DNA of 34,230 nt from assembly GCA_900128395.1 (NCBI GenBank), contig LT649350.1:1-34230 (forward strand), in the 5' to 3' direction. This DNA comes from Stramenopiles sp. TOSAG23-2. Its lineage: Eukaryota. The notes beneath the pieces were generated by a model that saw only the letters and a list, made by a program, of their open reading frames with translations, was not told where the DNA came from and searched no databases. The position numbers and the translations under genes were made by a program. Of this stretch, positions 21,063 to 31,680 are shown one piece after another. Position 1 is the first letter of the stretch. Every line of letters begins with the position of its first letter.

Positions 21063-23912
21063 TCACGGATCAATCCATTTTAAATACCCTGGTCGTATAG
21101 TATCCTCAATACGTTGTCGTATTTGATGTGTCACATCTGGATTAATATTACCAAACGCTCGTATATGTTCCTTTCGTTTCTTTGCTTCTGTTTTATATGT
21201 TTTTGTATCTGCATAATATAATCGTACTTTATCATCATCGTTCCAAATAACACGAGGTAACTTCTTTGGTTTGCCAAGGCCAGAATCTCTCCACATGGTA
21301 CCACTATGTTTGTTTAACCAATTTGGAGGGACAACTTCTGATAGATCAATGACTTGTCTTAAATAATCCGTTGTTAAAATACTTTTTTCATTTCTTAAAT
21401 CTATTGGTTTAGGACCTGACGTTTTATTAATTTGTTTCAACCTATCTTCAAGTCTATTATTTTCCAATTGTCCTTCTTTAGCACGACGTTTTCCATTTGG
21501 CCGGAAATATGGGTTATATGTTTCAAATTCGGAAGTTGATGAAAAAGTTGGAGCACGATTTGGTGCTTTCACTTTTAATGGTGAGTAAAAGCTAGGTTTA
21601 TGCTGATACAATCGTCTTTCTAAGTTTTTTGCAACTTTTATTTTCTTTTCAATTGGTTCATATGATTTATGGACATGTGCTGGATTTGAGGAAATATCTT
21701 TAAACTCTCCTAAACTTTGACTTTGTTTGATATTATAATTACGATCACATTCATATGATTGAATATTTTGAAAATGATCATACCGTCGTTCTTGCTCTTT
21801 AATCGTTTTTGTTTCTAAATTCAATAAATATCGTATATCTGCTCTTGGAAATTTTTTATTAAAATCTGATATAGATATTTTCATCAATATAGTTGTATTC
21901 GATTCCGATATATACATTGATTGATGGGGTGTATTTGTTACACATGCAACGACACCAAAAAAAGAACCAGCAACCAAGCTAGATATTTTCACTTGTTTTT
22001 TTGGTAAAACATCACCAATTAGTTCTTTTCGCACGATGACAGAGCCTTGCCGAATAAAATAAATATATTCACACATATCATTTTCTGCTACTATAATTTC
22101 ACCTTTGCGTATTTGAGTTTTTTTAAATAAGGTCAATAACGAATTTAATTGAATAGTTGTAAAATTTTCTAACCCAGGCATGATTTGACGTAACCAATCT
22201 CTTAATTCTTTTTGTTTTCGACTTTTTAAATTTTCAAATAATATATAATAATCATTTCTAGATATCATTCCAAACAAAATATCATCATGTGCAATAAATT
22301 TCTGTTTAATCGTTTCTTCATTTAATAATTCTTCTAATCCTAAAACATCACCTGGATATATCCATTTTTTATCTAAATTAGATTCATTTGTATCTATTCC
22401 AATACTTTTTGCAATGCCAGATAAACAAACATAGGCAAACATAGATTTTTGATGTGCTTGTACAATAGTTTTTCCTTTTTCCATGTAAACAATATTTAAT
22501 TTTTCTATACAACGATGTCGTAAATCTGCAGTATTGTTTTTTATATTTTTGAAAAAAGAATTGTCCTCAAACATAGAGTCTAAAACCATTAATACAGATT
22601 TATTTTTACCTTTTTCATTTTTCACAATTTTATTTGCTTGAAGTTTGACATTATATACAAAATCTTTGTTTTTTCCATCGATTATACTTTCATATGTATT
22701 ATGATCTAAATATAAAAGTTCAGTACCATCTACACTAATCTTGATGGAATATTTACGCAAATTATTCACCCGTATATTTAATTTTTCTTTTAACCCAAAT
22801 ATAGTACCTGGTCCATATTGTTTTATATATTTATAACCATCATCATCATGGTCTAATTCACGATTTAAATCTAAGGTATCGTGATAAAAATTTAAAGGTG
22901 AATTATTTCTTGAACCTCTACCAATACCACCAGTGCCAACCATATGATGTATCGAACGACGTCTTCCTAACGCTTTTTTAGATTTTATACTATTGTTTTG
23001 GCTTTTGCCACCACTACCACCTGATGGTGGTGATGATCCCTTAGATGATAATGATAAAGGTGAATTGAATAGTTGTTGCTGCAACGATAATGATGATGTT
23101 GGAGAGAGTGATGCTCGTCTTATAACAGTAGAAGCATTACGATTATTTTGTTTCGGTGATTTCTTTCGCTTCTTTTTTTTCTTCTTTTTCTTTTTCTTTT
23201 TCGATGTTCCTGGAGAATTTGTTTGATTAAAACTATTAGGACTCTTATTACGACTAGCTTTTGTTGTATGCGGCCGATTAAAGTTACTATTATCATTAAT
23301 CGTTTTAGTATTATTTAAGTTAAATTCACTTTTGTTAATATTATGTTTATTACTATTATCTTTTGCATTTGAACTTGTATTATTATTATTATCATTATCA
23401 TCATCATCACTTGAATCTGATTCAGGCAATTTTTCTAATACTTTAACACCACCTGATAATATGATATATATCCCATCTTCTTTATCATCTTGAGAATATA
23501 CCATTGAATTTTCAGGGAGTCGAAGGTATATACCTTTACTAATAACACGTTGTGCAGTTTCTTTCGATCGTAATTTGTCAAAAAAAGTTAACTTTGAAAC
23601 TGCTTGAAGTATTTTACGAACACTATGAGAACTTCTAATTTCTGGTATTGTTTTTAAATCATGTTGTATTTCAGATGTGTCAATACCTTCCATTAGATCA
23701 ATGATTGTATTTTCCTCATCATTGCTACTAAATAATGTATCTAATGTACTACTGAAATTGTCATTTTCATCATCTATATCTATTACTTTGAAATGTTTTG
23801 CAATGGCTTCTTTATTATTTTTTACCTTAGGCAAAGCACTATGTTTTTTTAATTCATGGTGTTGTGTTAAACTAGATGTATGTACAGACAGTCGTCGATT
23901 AATTCTTTTCAT
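21063..23912 (-). CDS. Protein with about three cyclic-nucleotide-binding (CNB)-like domains
   Basis: VYSQDDKEDGIYIILSGGVKV...GPGTIFG; KGKTIVQ...AYVCLSG...PGDVLG; KGEIIVAENDMCEYIYFIRQGSV...AGSFFG. Confidence 0.88.
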   Translation of the reverse strand: MKRINRRLSVHTSSLTQHHELKKHSALPKVKNNKEAIAKHFKVIDIDDENDNFSSTLDTLFSSNDEENTIIDLMEGIDTSEIQHDLKTIPEIRSSHSVRKILQAVSKLTFFDKLRSKETAQRVISKGIYLRLPENSMVYSQDDKEDGIYIILSGGVKVLEKLPESDSSDDDDNDNNNNTSSNAKDNSNKHNINKSEFNLNNTKTINDNSNFNRPHTTKASRNKSPNSFNQTNSPGTSKKKKKKKKKKKRKKSPKQNNRNASTVIRRASLSPTSSLSLQQQLFNSPLSLSSKGSSPPSGGSGGKSQNNSIKSKKALGRRRSIHHMVGTGGIGRGSRNNSPLNFYHDTLDLNRELDHDDDGYKYIKQYGPGTIFGLKEKLNIRVNNLRKYSIKISVDGTELLYLDHNTYESIIDGKNKDFVYNVKLQANKIVKNEKGKNKSVLMVLDSMFEDNSFFKNIKNNTADLRHRCIEKLNIVYMEKGKTIVQAHQKSMFAYVCLSGIAKSIGIDTNESNLDKKWIYPGDVLGLEELLNEETIKQKFIAHDDILFGMISRNDYYILFENLKSRKQKELRDWLRQIMPGLENFTTIQLNSLLTLFKKTQIRKGEIIVAENDMCEYIYFIRQGSVIVRKELIGDVLPKKQVKISSLVAGSFFGVVACVTNTPHQSMYISESNTTILMKISISDFNKKFPRADIRYLLNLETKTIKEQERRYDHFQNIQSYECDRNYNIKQSQSLGEFKDISSNPAHVHKSYEPIEKKIKVAKNLERRLYQHKPSFYSPLKVKAPNRAPTFSSTSEFETYNPYFRPNGKRRAKEGQLENNRLEDRLKQINKTSGPKPIDLRNEKSILTTDYLRQVIDLSEVVPPNWLNKHSGTMWRDSGLGKPKKLPRVIWNDDDKVRLYYADTKTYKTEAKKRKEHIRAFGNINPDVTHQIRQRIEDTIRPGYLKWIDP

Positions 23913-24204
23913 TCTTTTTTATGATTTTATGTTTTTTTTGGGTATTGATGTATCTATTTGTTGATTGTTTTTGTTTTGTAGTTAGTATTAGTATTTATGG
24001 ATATTTTCTGGTTTAAAATAATAGTTATACAATTACATTAGAAGTGTAATAAGTAATATTATATTTAACATAGTTATAGTAATAATAATAATAAAAAAAA
24101 TACTATTATATATATATAATGTATTATTATATACTACTAGTTCTAATTAGAATAGCAATAAAAGTTCATCGGATAAATTATTGTAAAAAAAATGCTGTCG
24201 TTGT

Positions 24205-24255
24205 CTGGCGGCTGGCCCAGCTGGAGGGCTGGCTGCTGGCCCAGCTGGCCTACCC
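24205..24255. repeat. GC-rich GCTGG array with two GCTGGCCCAGCTGG units
   Basis: Units at 24211-24224 and 24235-24248. Confidence 0.85.
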
Positions 24256-24492
24256 GACACAAAATAATACAAAATCTGATAGGGATATAAATTGATATAA
24301 TGCTATGTGTATATTATCTTCGAATACAATGATATACACATGCTATTTTTAAAAATCAATAGTGTATCGTTTTAATTAGACAGGATCGAGGAGCGGAGCG
24401 AGTAGTATCGAATTGACATTATTAAAGTGCGTCCCTTTCATTGTTATTAGTGTTAAATGAAGTGTAAATAGTTGATTTTTTAGCGTTAGTTA

Positions 24493-24559
24493 GGGCTGGC
24501 TGGGCTGGCCCAGCTGGCAAGCTGGGCAAGCGGGCAAGCTGGCTGGCTGGCCCAGCTGG
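24493..24559. repeat. GC-rich GCTGG array with two GCTGGCCCAGCTGG units
   Basis: Units at 24504-24517 and 24546-24559, with GGCAAGC repeats between them. Confidence 0.85.
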
Positions 24560-24608
24560 TCTGTAGTATGTATGTGGGCAAAAGTGTGCACTACGAATTA
24601 ACAATATT

Positions 24609-24722
24609 CACTATGGGAAATATATTCGTTTTCTAAAATGCCAATTTTATTTTTCATAATTTTGTAAAAAATAGCAAATATCCGAAAATATAGAAAACAT
24701 GATGAATATTTTCCCCATAGTG
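24609..24722. mobile_element. 114-bp miniature inverted-repeat element with CACTATG termini
   Basis: cactatgggaaatatattc (24609-24627) vs gaatattttccccatagtg (24704-24722), 17/19 complementary; inner gttttcta/tagaaaac also pair. No target-site duplication seen. Confidence 0.5.
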
Positions 24723-25072
24723 CACAGTTTTACGTACGCACTACTCCGGGTACCTGAGCATATAAACTTAGCATTGCAAGCGAAGCGTATATACTCAGGA
24801 TCGCTTTGGCAGAACTATTGCCAGATGCACCCTAATCCTAACCCGACCTTCCAAAAAAATGTTAAAAAAGACGGATATTTCTAAGATATATTGAAATTTA
24901 AGTAAATGTTTTGGCTTTTTAGAAAATTAAATTGGAAATACAAATTACCACCGGTGCATTTAGAATAAAATTACACCATGTGTAGATTACCACCAGTAGG
25001 ATAGAAAGATACACATTGATAGAAATAAAAATATTACACATTATCACCTGTTTGTAGATACCTATATATTAT

Positions 25073-25657
25073 CTAAACATTGCATGTATGTGTGTATATA
25101 TGTGCTACATTTATCTTAATGACAGAGGATATTAAACAAATCATTGATGCATGTTTATCGTCTATATCCTTTAACTCCTCTACAAGTTTATTAAGATCTA
25201 AATCTTCTACATTTGTTAAACCTGAACTAGTAAAATAGTCTTTGAAAAAATTATCCAATGTGTCGCATATTACGTCGATAGCTTTAAATGTATCATCTGC
25301 ATTAAGAAATCCTTCAGATGAATTAGATGAATCACTTTCTTTTTTCATATTAGCATCTTTTATTATGTCCGCGCATTCCTCAACCACAGTTTTCAATTTT
25401 TTTCTTGCCCGTGAAGAGATTTGAGGATTTTCTAACTCTTTTCCGACCTTTTGCAACATTGTCATTGTATTTTGCTTAGACAGATCAGCAGTGGCTCGAC
25501 GCTTCATATCATATACAGCCTGTCTAGCCCTTTTAATTGGCGATGGCATCTTGAACGAACCACCTGTGGCTAATGCTTTCTGTGCTTCCAACTCTTCATC
25601 TATCATACCTTGAATTTTTTCTAAATTACTGTAAAGGTTAAATGCTTGTTTTAACAT
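25073..25657 (-). CDS. Hypothetical helical protein (orphan)
   Basis: 194-aa ATG ORF with protein-like composition and no recognisable motif; the last codons run into a low-complexity tract. Confidence 0.55.
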   Translation of the reverse strand: MLKQAFNLYSNLEKIQGMIDEELEAQKALATGGSFKMPSPIKRARQAVYDMKRRATADLSKQNTMTMLQKVGKELENPQISSRARKKLKTVVEECADIIKDANMKKESDSSNSSEGFLNADDTFKAIDVICDTLDNFFKDYFTSSGLTNVEDLDLNKLVEELKDIDDKHASMICLISSVIKINVAHIYTHTCNV

Positions 25658-26023
25658 TTTATACAGTTTTTATGTATATAATCACTTTACGTTACAATCA
25701 GTATTGTGTTATTCTGCTTTATATACAGTTCTTGACCACACTCTTGTCGTATATATAATTTCTACCATCTTCGTGTAAGTTTCAGTATTATAGTATAAAT
25801 ATTATTATATAATCCCCTTCTCTCATCATATTGATGCAAAAAATTACATTCATTCATTTTCAAAGGTGGATTTTTTTTTCCTGAAAATAAAAATTTTTCT
25901 CGTAGTGGTATTACGGCCTAAATGACGTAATGCTATTCACCTACTATATATTTAAGGTTATTCTCATCTGGCAGAAGGTCTGCCATTAGATTATCGAGTA
26001 CGTACGCACGTACGCAGTGCTAC

Positions 26024-26068
26024 CTGGCTGGGCTGGCTGGGCTGGCTGGGCTGGCTCCCTGGCTACCC
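26024..26068. repeat. (CTGGCTGGG)3 array plus degenerate tail
   Basis: Three exact 9-mers at 26024-26050 followed by ctggctccctggctaccc. Confidence 0.9.
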
Positions 26069-26247
26069 TCAAAAGCGAAACCACACAAATATTGTACGTC
26101 TAACTCTTCTAAGAAACAACAACCTCTATTTTTTTTTATATTTTTATTAAAAAAAAATAGAAAAAAAAATAAATAAATGAATCTAAATCGATAATATGCA
26201 TATAGAAATAAAAATACATAGATAGATTTAGTTCTCTATACACAACA

Positions 26248-26268
26248 GTGTGTGTGTGTGTGTGTGTG
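26248..26268. repeat. (GT)n microsatellite
   Basis: Uninterrupted GT run of 21 bp. Confidence 0.95.
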
Positions 26269-26472
26269 ATTGTACGACGATATTACTTTGTCTTTTCAAT
26301 CTCAGTCTCAATATCGACATCCAACCCCCCGAATTTTTTCTTCCTCTCTCTTCTTTGTGGAGATATCAATTTGTATATTTGTTTCTATTATATACTATAC
26401 ATTATTTAATTCACAGTACAAGTTAGTTATAAAGTGGATTTATTTTAACACGTTGCTTTATTGTAAAAAAAT

Positions 26473-27360
26473 ATGGACTCGCTTGCCGATGCGCTGGCAG
26501 GAACCGCTGGTACTATTGTAGGTAAATTATTTACGTATCCATTAGACTTTTTAAAAGTCAAAGTGCAAGTGTCCGGTGCAGGTGTTACGCCAGCTCAAAT
26601 ACGAGCGGAAGTATTGAAGGAACATGGTGTTTTGGGTTTCTATCAAGGTCTTGGACCTAAAGTTGTAAAAAGTTCGACGCAAAAATTTATAATGTTTTTC
26701 TTACAGCGCTTTTTAGGCGGCACGTACAGAAACATTTACATGCAAGGCGTCCCTGAAAGTGTACCGGTACATACTGGTGCGTATATGATTATTTCATGGC
26801 TTGGCGAAATTTTAGGCTTGCCTATTGTTATACCGTTAGAAGCTATTGTTACACGTGTACAAACATCAAAAACAGGCGAGACGGCTATGGAAGTAATTAC
26901 AAAAATTCGAAATTCCCCAGGTGGATTTCTGTCTTTATTTCGAGTATTTCCTGCATATATCTTCACATGTTGTCAACCAGCTTTGCAATATCCAATCTTC
27001 GAATTATCCCGTGCGTATATCTTACGAGGTCGTATGCAGTTAGGATGGGTAGAATCATTTCTTGTCGGTGCAATATCAAAAGCTATAGCACAAATTATTA
27101 CATTTCCTTTTGAACGGACGAGAAGTAAATTTCAACAATTACAAAAGTCAGGTGAGAATCTATCACCATTAACTATTATGTATCAATTATATAAAGAGGA
27201 AGGCATGGGCTTCCCATTTTATGGCGGTTTATGGAAAGGCGTGGAGTCTGATTTAAGCCAGGGTATAATAAATGCAGCATTTATGTTGATGATACGCGAG
27301 CAGTTGTATAACTTTGTAAAAGGTTTAGTATATGCGGCGTTTGGTGCTAAAAGGCTATAG
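26473..27360 (+). CDS. Mitochondrial carrier family (SLC25) protein, probably peroxisomal PMP34/ANT1-like
   Basis: 295 aa with three carrier signatures: YPLDFLKVKVQ, PLEAIVTRVQ, FPFERTRSK. ALAGTAG, PALQYPIFE and FLVGAISKAIAQIITFP fit the peroxisomal adenine-nucleotide/cofactor carriers. Confidence 0.9.
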   Translation: MDSLADALAGTAGTIVGKLFTYPLDFLKVKVQVSGAGVTPAQIRAEVLKEHGVLGFYQGLGPKVVKSSTQKFIMFFLQRFLGGTYRNIYMQGVPESVPVHTGAYMIISWLGEILGLPIVIPLEAIVTRVQTSKTGETAMEVITKIRNSPGGFLSLFRVFPAYIFTCCQPALQYPIFELSRAYILRGRMQLGWVESFLVGAISKAIAQIITFPFERTRSKFQQLQKSGENLSPLTIMYQLYKEEGMGFPFYGGLWKGVESDLSQGIINAAFMLMIREQLYNFVKGLVYAAFGAKRL

Positions 27361-27843
27361 ACAACTTCGCAATGTACGATTTCATTGTCCATCTTTAAGT
27401 TTAGTGAGATAGATATATTAATTGCCTCTCTCACTTAATTGTATTCTTTCTATGGAAAGTAGGAGTTAATCATTGAGAGTAAATTTAAAAAAAATAAATG
27501 CATAATATTAAAAAATTAAATTTATTACGAACCAAGTTCGCAACAAAGATCTTCCAACAAAGCCGAAGTAAAGGTAAGATAGCTTGCAGCTTCCAGTTGG
27601 ATTGCTAACTATGATATGTCATATATGCATACGTGTAGAGATATATAATACAAACCGCGATTATTTAAACCTTGCACTTATTTTGATAATTCGTCTTGCT
27701 GCAAAATTTGCATTTGGCGAGTCGTATAATGAGTTGTACTCCCGCGGTCGGTATTCCCCACCTTTCTATATGATGTCCGTTTTTCATCAACTGCAAGTTG
27801 ATGCCATCTATTACCTTCATTGATATATATGCATAAATTATGA

Positions 27844-27925
27844 TGGTTAAAATCTAAGTTATATAAATAATTTTACACTTCTCGTGTTAAGTAATATGCT
27901 CAATACTCAAGCGCAAGAATAATAT
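27844..27925 (+). repeat. Dispersed ~82-bp repeat, copy 2
   Basis: Matches 20778-20859 with small indels and one substitution. Confidence 0.9.
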
Positions 27926-28550
27926 AATTCTATAAAAAATATATATTCTCTTTCATGAGAATATCAACACCCTCAGCGTGTGAGATAGATATTGATACAT
28001 GTGCAATTATTTATCATTAAAATTCTCTCTTTCATTTTTATTGTCTCCAGGTTTATTGTATTCTTTTGAAGAGTAGGAATTATCATGAATAAATTAAAAA
28101 ATAAATTTATGATGTGCCAATATAATATGCATATTGAAATTAAAATTATTACACGCATACGAGCATTCGAATCATTATGATACACTGATATTCTTGTATC
28201 GTTCAAAAAAATGTTCTCTCTCCGTATTTACCGCGTCGTTTCATCGGTAAAAACAAACTAAATTCAAAAAATTTTTGATCTAATACTCTCTTCTGTTTGA
28301 TAATTTACATAAAAAAATACATTACAAATCTCTCTCTCTCCAATATATATTTAAATCGAAAAGGGGTAAAAAAATCTATATACATCAACTAATGAAAACT
28401 GCAAAAATGATATATAATATATGTATATATATATATATATATAGTTCCTACCTGAAAAATATCCTATTAAAAAATCAATATAAATATTGACGTGTTTTCC
28501 TTGTTCCTACTAGAAACCAAGGCATGTAACACATTCCTTGGTTGCTACCT

Positions 28551-30514
28551 TTAATCTGTAGCACCATTCTTGGCAGCAATATTTGTATTAATGGAGGAGG
28601 ATCTAGACATAGTTGATGAGTTTTGATCTTTTTGGATTACTTCACGGAATCCGCCATTTCCCGTTCGTATTGTTTCCGTGTATGATAATTTACTTTCAAC
28701 TATATCTCCGACTAATTTTGCTAACAATAATAAACAATTTTTCACACATCCATCAATCTCACGAGGTTTATCATCCAATACACAAACGGCACCCAATTTC
28801 ACTTTACGACGAGTTTTTTTGTCTGTATATGTTACTGGGGCACCAGCATAAAATCGAACATGTGGATATTCAGTTACCAACGGATTGTCCTTCACTGTAG
28901 GATCTTTTGTGCAATCTGGTATTATATACACATTGGGTGTATCATCTCGAATGGTCGTCTTGCAAATTGCAGTTTCAAAGTCACATGAATTCATAAATTC
29001 AAGGCCGGAATTACCATGCATCACTTGTTTCGATTTATCCAAAAAATTTACAAGACCAATTTTCATTTGAGCCATTTCCCTTGCAACATGTGCAACCGAA
29101 TTCATAACAGTTTCAGTTGATGGTGACGCAAAATCAACTAATTTGTGATTAATTTCTTCCCTCAGCGTATTGGAATCTTTTGTAAAATCCATATCTTCCA
29201 ATAAATGAATAATTTTACTCGCAGTTTTAATTGTTTCGTCATGATTCATACGAGGAACTGCGGGATCTAAACGTGTTTGATGGTTATTGCTGTTATTATT
29301 ATTATCATCATCATTGTGTGGATCCTTTTCCTTTTGTCCCGTTTGGAGAGAATTGACGATACTATTATTATTCATCGAATGGCCAACAACATTTGCCCCG
29401 TTTACATATTGATTTGTAGTATTTGGCAAAACGGCTTGTTGCAAGAAGTAATTAAGATTAAATTCTTGACTGAATAACTCAGAAGGACTTCGATTTGAAC
29501 GGAATAATTGACCATTATCAAAAGCACCTAAGAGACTACCAACAACTTCATTACTTGGACGGTTAGCATGACTAATATAAGCTGCATGTGCTTGCTGCTG
29601 TAATAAACTTAAATTGCCATTGCTATCATCATCCTCATCGCCATCATCACCATCTTTGCTATTCTGAACATTGTTGCTACTATCTCCCCGTCGTTGTCTT
29701 TTGCTAGATGCTGTCCGTAAATTTAACAAAACGCTTGTTGCATCCACATTTGCACTCGCTTGCGCTTTTGCTTTGTTGCGTTTTCGCCTATTTCTAATTT
29801 TCCAATAATTTTGTGGTTGACTGCGAATAAAAAATTCATTCTCAAATTCTAGTTTAGAAGAGTCTTTTGCACTTTTCTTGAATCCATAATTGTTCAATTG
29901 CCGTACAAAAGTTGCCATATTTGAATGTTGAAAATATTTAGGCAATACTTTTTGTTCAAAATTTTCTTTTTTTTTCCTATCAATTGATATTGTTTCGCCG
30001 TCTGTAATATAATAGATAATTATATATATATATATTGTTATTGATAGTAAATTTTATATGTACATTAATATATATATATATATATATATATAGACGTACA
30101 TGTTTGGATAAATTTAATTGTTAGTGTTAATATTGTAAAAATAATTTTTATTGCATATTATATATATATGTATATGTATGTATGAATTGTTGGAAATATA
30201 TGATGGTATCGTCCTAAATGTGTTGTAAGTGTTCGGTTCATTTTTTTTACTTAGTGATGGTAGGAGTATGTTTAAATAAAGGGAAAAAAAATGATCTCTC
30301 TCTCTCTATATATATATATATAATACGTGTGTGTGTATGCATATTTTCAATATTACTTACTCCTAGTCCAAAAAACATATTCAGATTCATTTGCTAACAT
30401 TTCTTGTATTTTAATTATAAAAGGCACAGCCGTTTCTTGTTCAGTTGGAACTAAAGTATCAAACATGGATTTTACTACATTATCGTCAGTAGTAAGAATG
30501 TTGGATGACGACAT
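28551..30514 (-). CDS. Heat-shock-factor-type DNA-binding protein fused to a GAF domain; two exons (30514-30361, 30001-28551), 534 aa
   Basis: Spliced product reads ...[66 protein letters not shown] (complete HSF domain). C-terminal GAF: DCTKDPTVKDNPLVTEYPHVRFYAGAPV...LGAVCVLDDKPR. Confidence 0.92.
30002..30360 (-). other. Spliceosomal GT-AG intron, 359 nt, phase 1
   Basis: Minus-strand donor GTAAGT at 30360 and acceptor TACAG ending at 30002; removal restores the frame and the HSF domain. Confidence 0.9.
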
Positions 30515-31680
30515 TTTTTTATAATTATTCCCAACTGTTCTTCCCCCTAATCTCTCTCTATATATATATATGTATATATATATCTTTCTAAATTATAATT
30601 AATAATATATTATACAATTATATATATATATATATAGGAAGGAATCTTCAATGAGATATTGTTGTCTATATCTGTTTATCAATCTTAGTAGGTCTAATAG
30701 TGTATTTCAGTTCGTTCTGTATTGATCATAAATGTCAATGGTTAGAAGAACAAGTAAACGGTGGTATGGTGCGTATGTATACCAGGTATACTGTGAATGC
30801 AGAAAATCGATGCATTTCGAGTAGTGGTTGTATACTTAGTAGTATAAGGCTTTGCAATATCTTAGCCACGTGCTTGAATAAGTTCCCCCCTAAATGGCAA
30901 AAAGATTCTTTTTGTAAATGGTAAAAAAAAGGAAATTTGTGATGGCGATGATGCCGCATTGAAAAAATCAATCACATTTCAGGAATTTTTATCATCTAAA
31001 AATAATCATCGAATAAGTTCCTGGAAATAGTATATAATTATTAATTATCGGATATTATTATTACTATCCCACTCTAAATAGTCAGTTTGGTAACTTAAAA
31101 CGACAAAACCCGGCATCACATTTAAAAATTTACCGGAGTTGAAGAGTAACCAAATCAAAATATGCCGATATTGATATTTTTAACATAAAAATATCCGATT
31201 TTATTTTGTAAAGTGTACGTGTATATGCTCTATTAATACTGTATGTATTGTTTTAGTTATTTATTTAAAAAAAAAAAGAAATCAATCACAAATTCCTTTT
31301 TTGAAATTCATTTGAATATGCGATTGTATTAATTGTTACAACGTACTTAATGCCAGATTTACAGTACCCCCCTACTATAAAATTTTAGTCTTCTTTACTG
31401 ATGCTTTTTTGAGTAGTCCTCCCCATATCCGGGCCAGATAGAGATCCATTATTCTAAATAAAAATAATAATTATAAATAAATTTTAATAATATAAAATAT
31501 AAAATACTAAAATTGAATTAAAAGCCCATATTTATTGAATTTAAAAAACGATAAAAGTACATAAAATCAAACAAAAAAGAAAAAGATCAAAAACAAATCA
31601 TAGTATATTAACGCCTTCATAAAGAAAAAAAACAATACTATCAACCATAAAAACAACGCATTGAACAACGGCATACGAAT

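Noticed and set aside
895-23964. Numerous antisense or alternate-frame ORFs inside long genes (e.g. 2152-2775, 5092-5577, 8080-8709, 15842-16576)
   Set aside because: They are shadows of codon bias and low-complexity tracts, mostly with non-ATG starts and no motifs.
24205-24559. GCTGGCCCAGCTGG repeats as a CRISPR array
   Set aside because: Units are only 14 bp, spacing is irregular, spacers are themselves repeats, there are no cas genes and the context is eukaryotic.
24484-24848. Telomere-like TTAGGG/CCCTAA fragments
   Set aside because: Only one or two degenerate units each, not an array.
27584-27823. Moderately GC-rich stretch with short ORFs and an 8-bp hairpin (catcaact-gca-agttgatg)
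   Set aside because: No frame gives a recognisable protein and a single short hairpin is not significant.
30970-31030. Heat-shock-element-like TTC/GAA triplets upstream of the HSF gene
   Set aside because: No three correctly spaced nGAAn units; expected by chance in AT-rich DNA.
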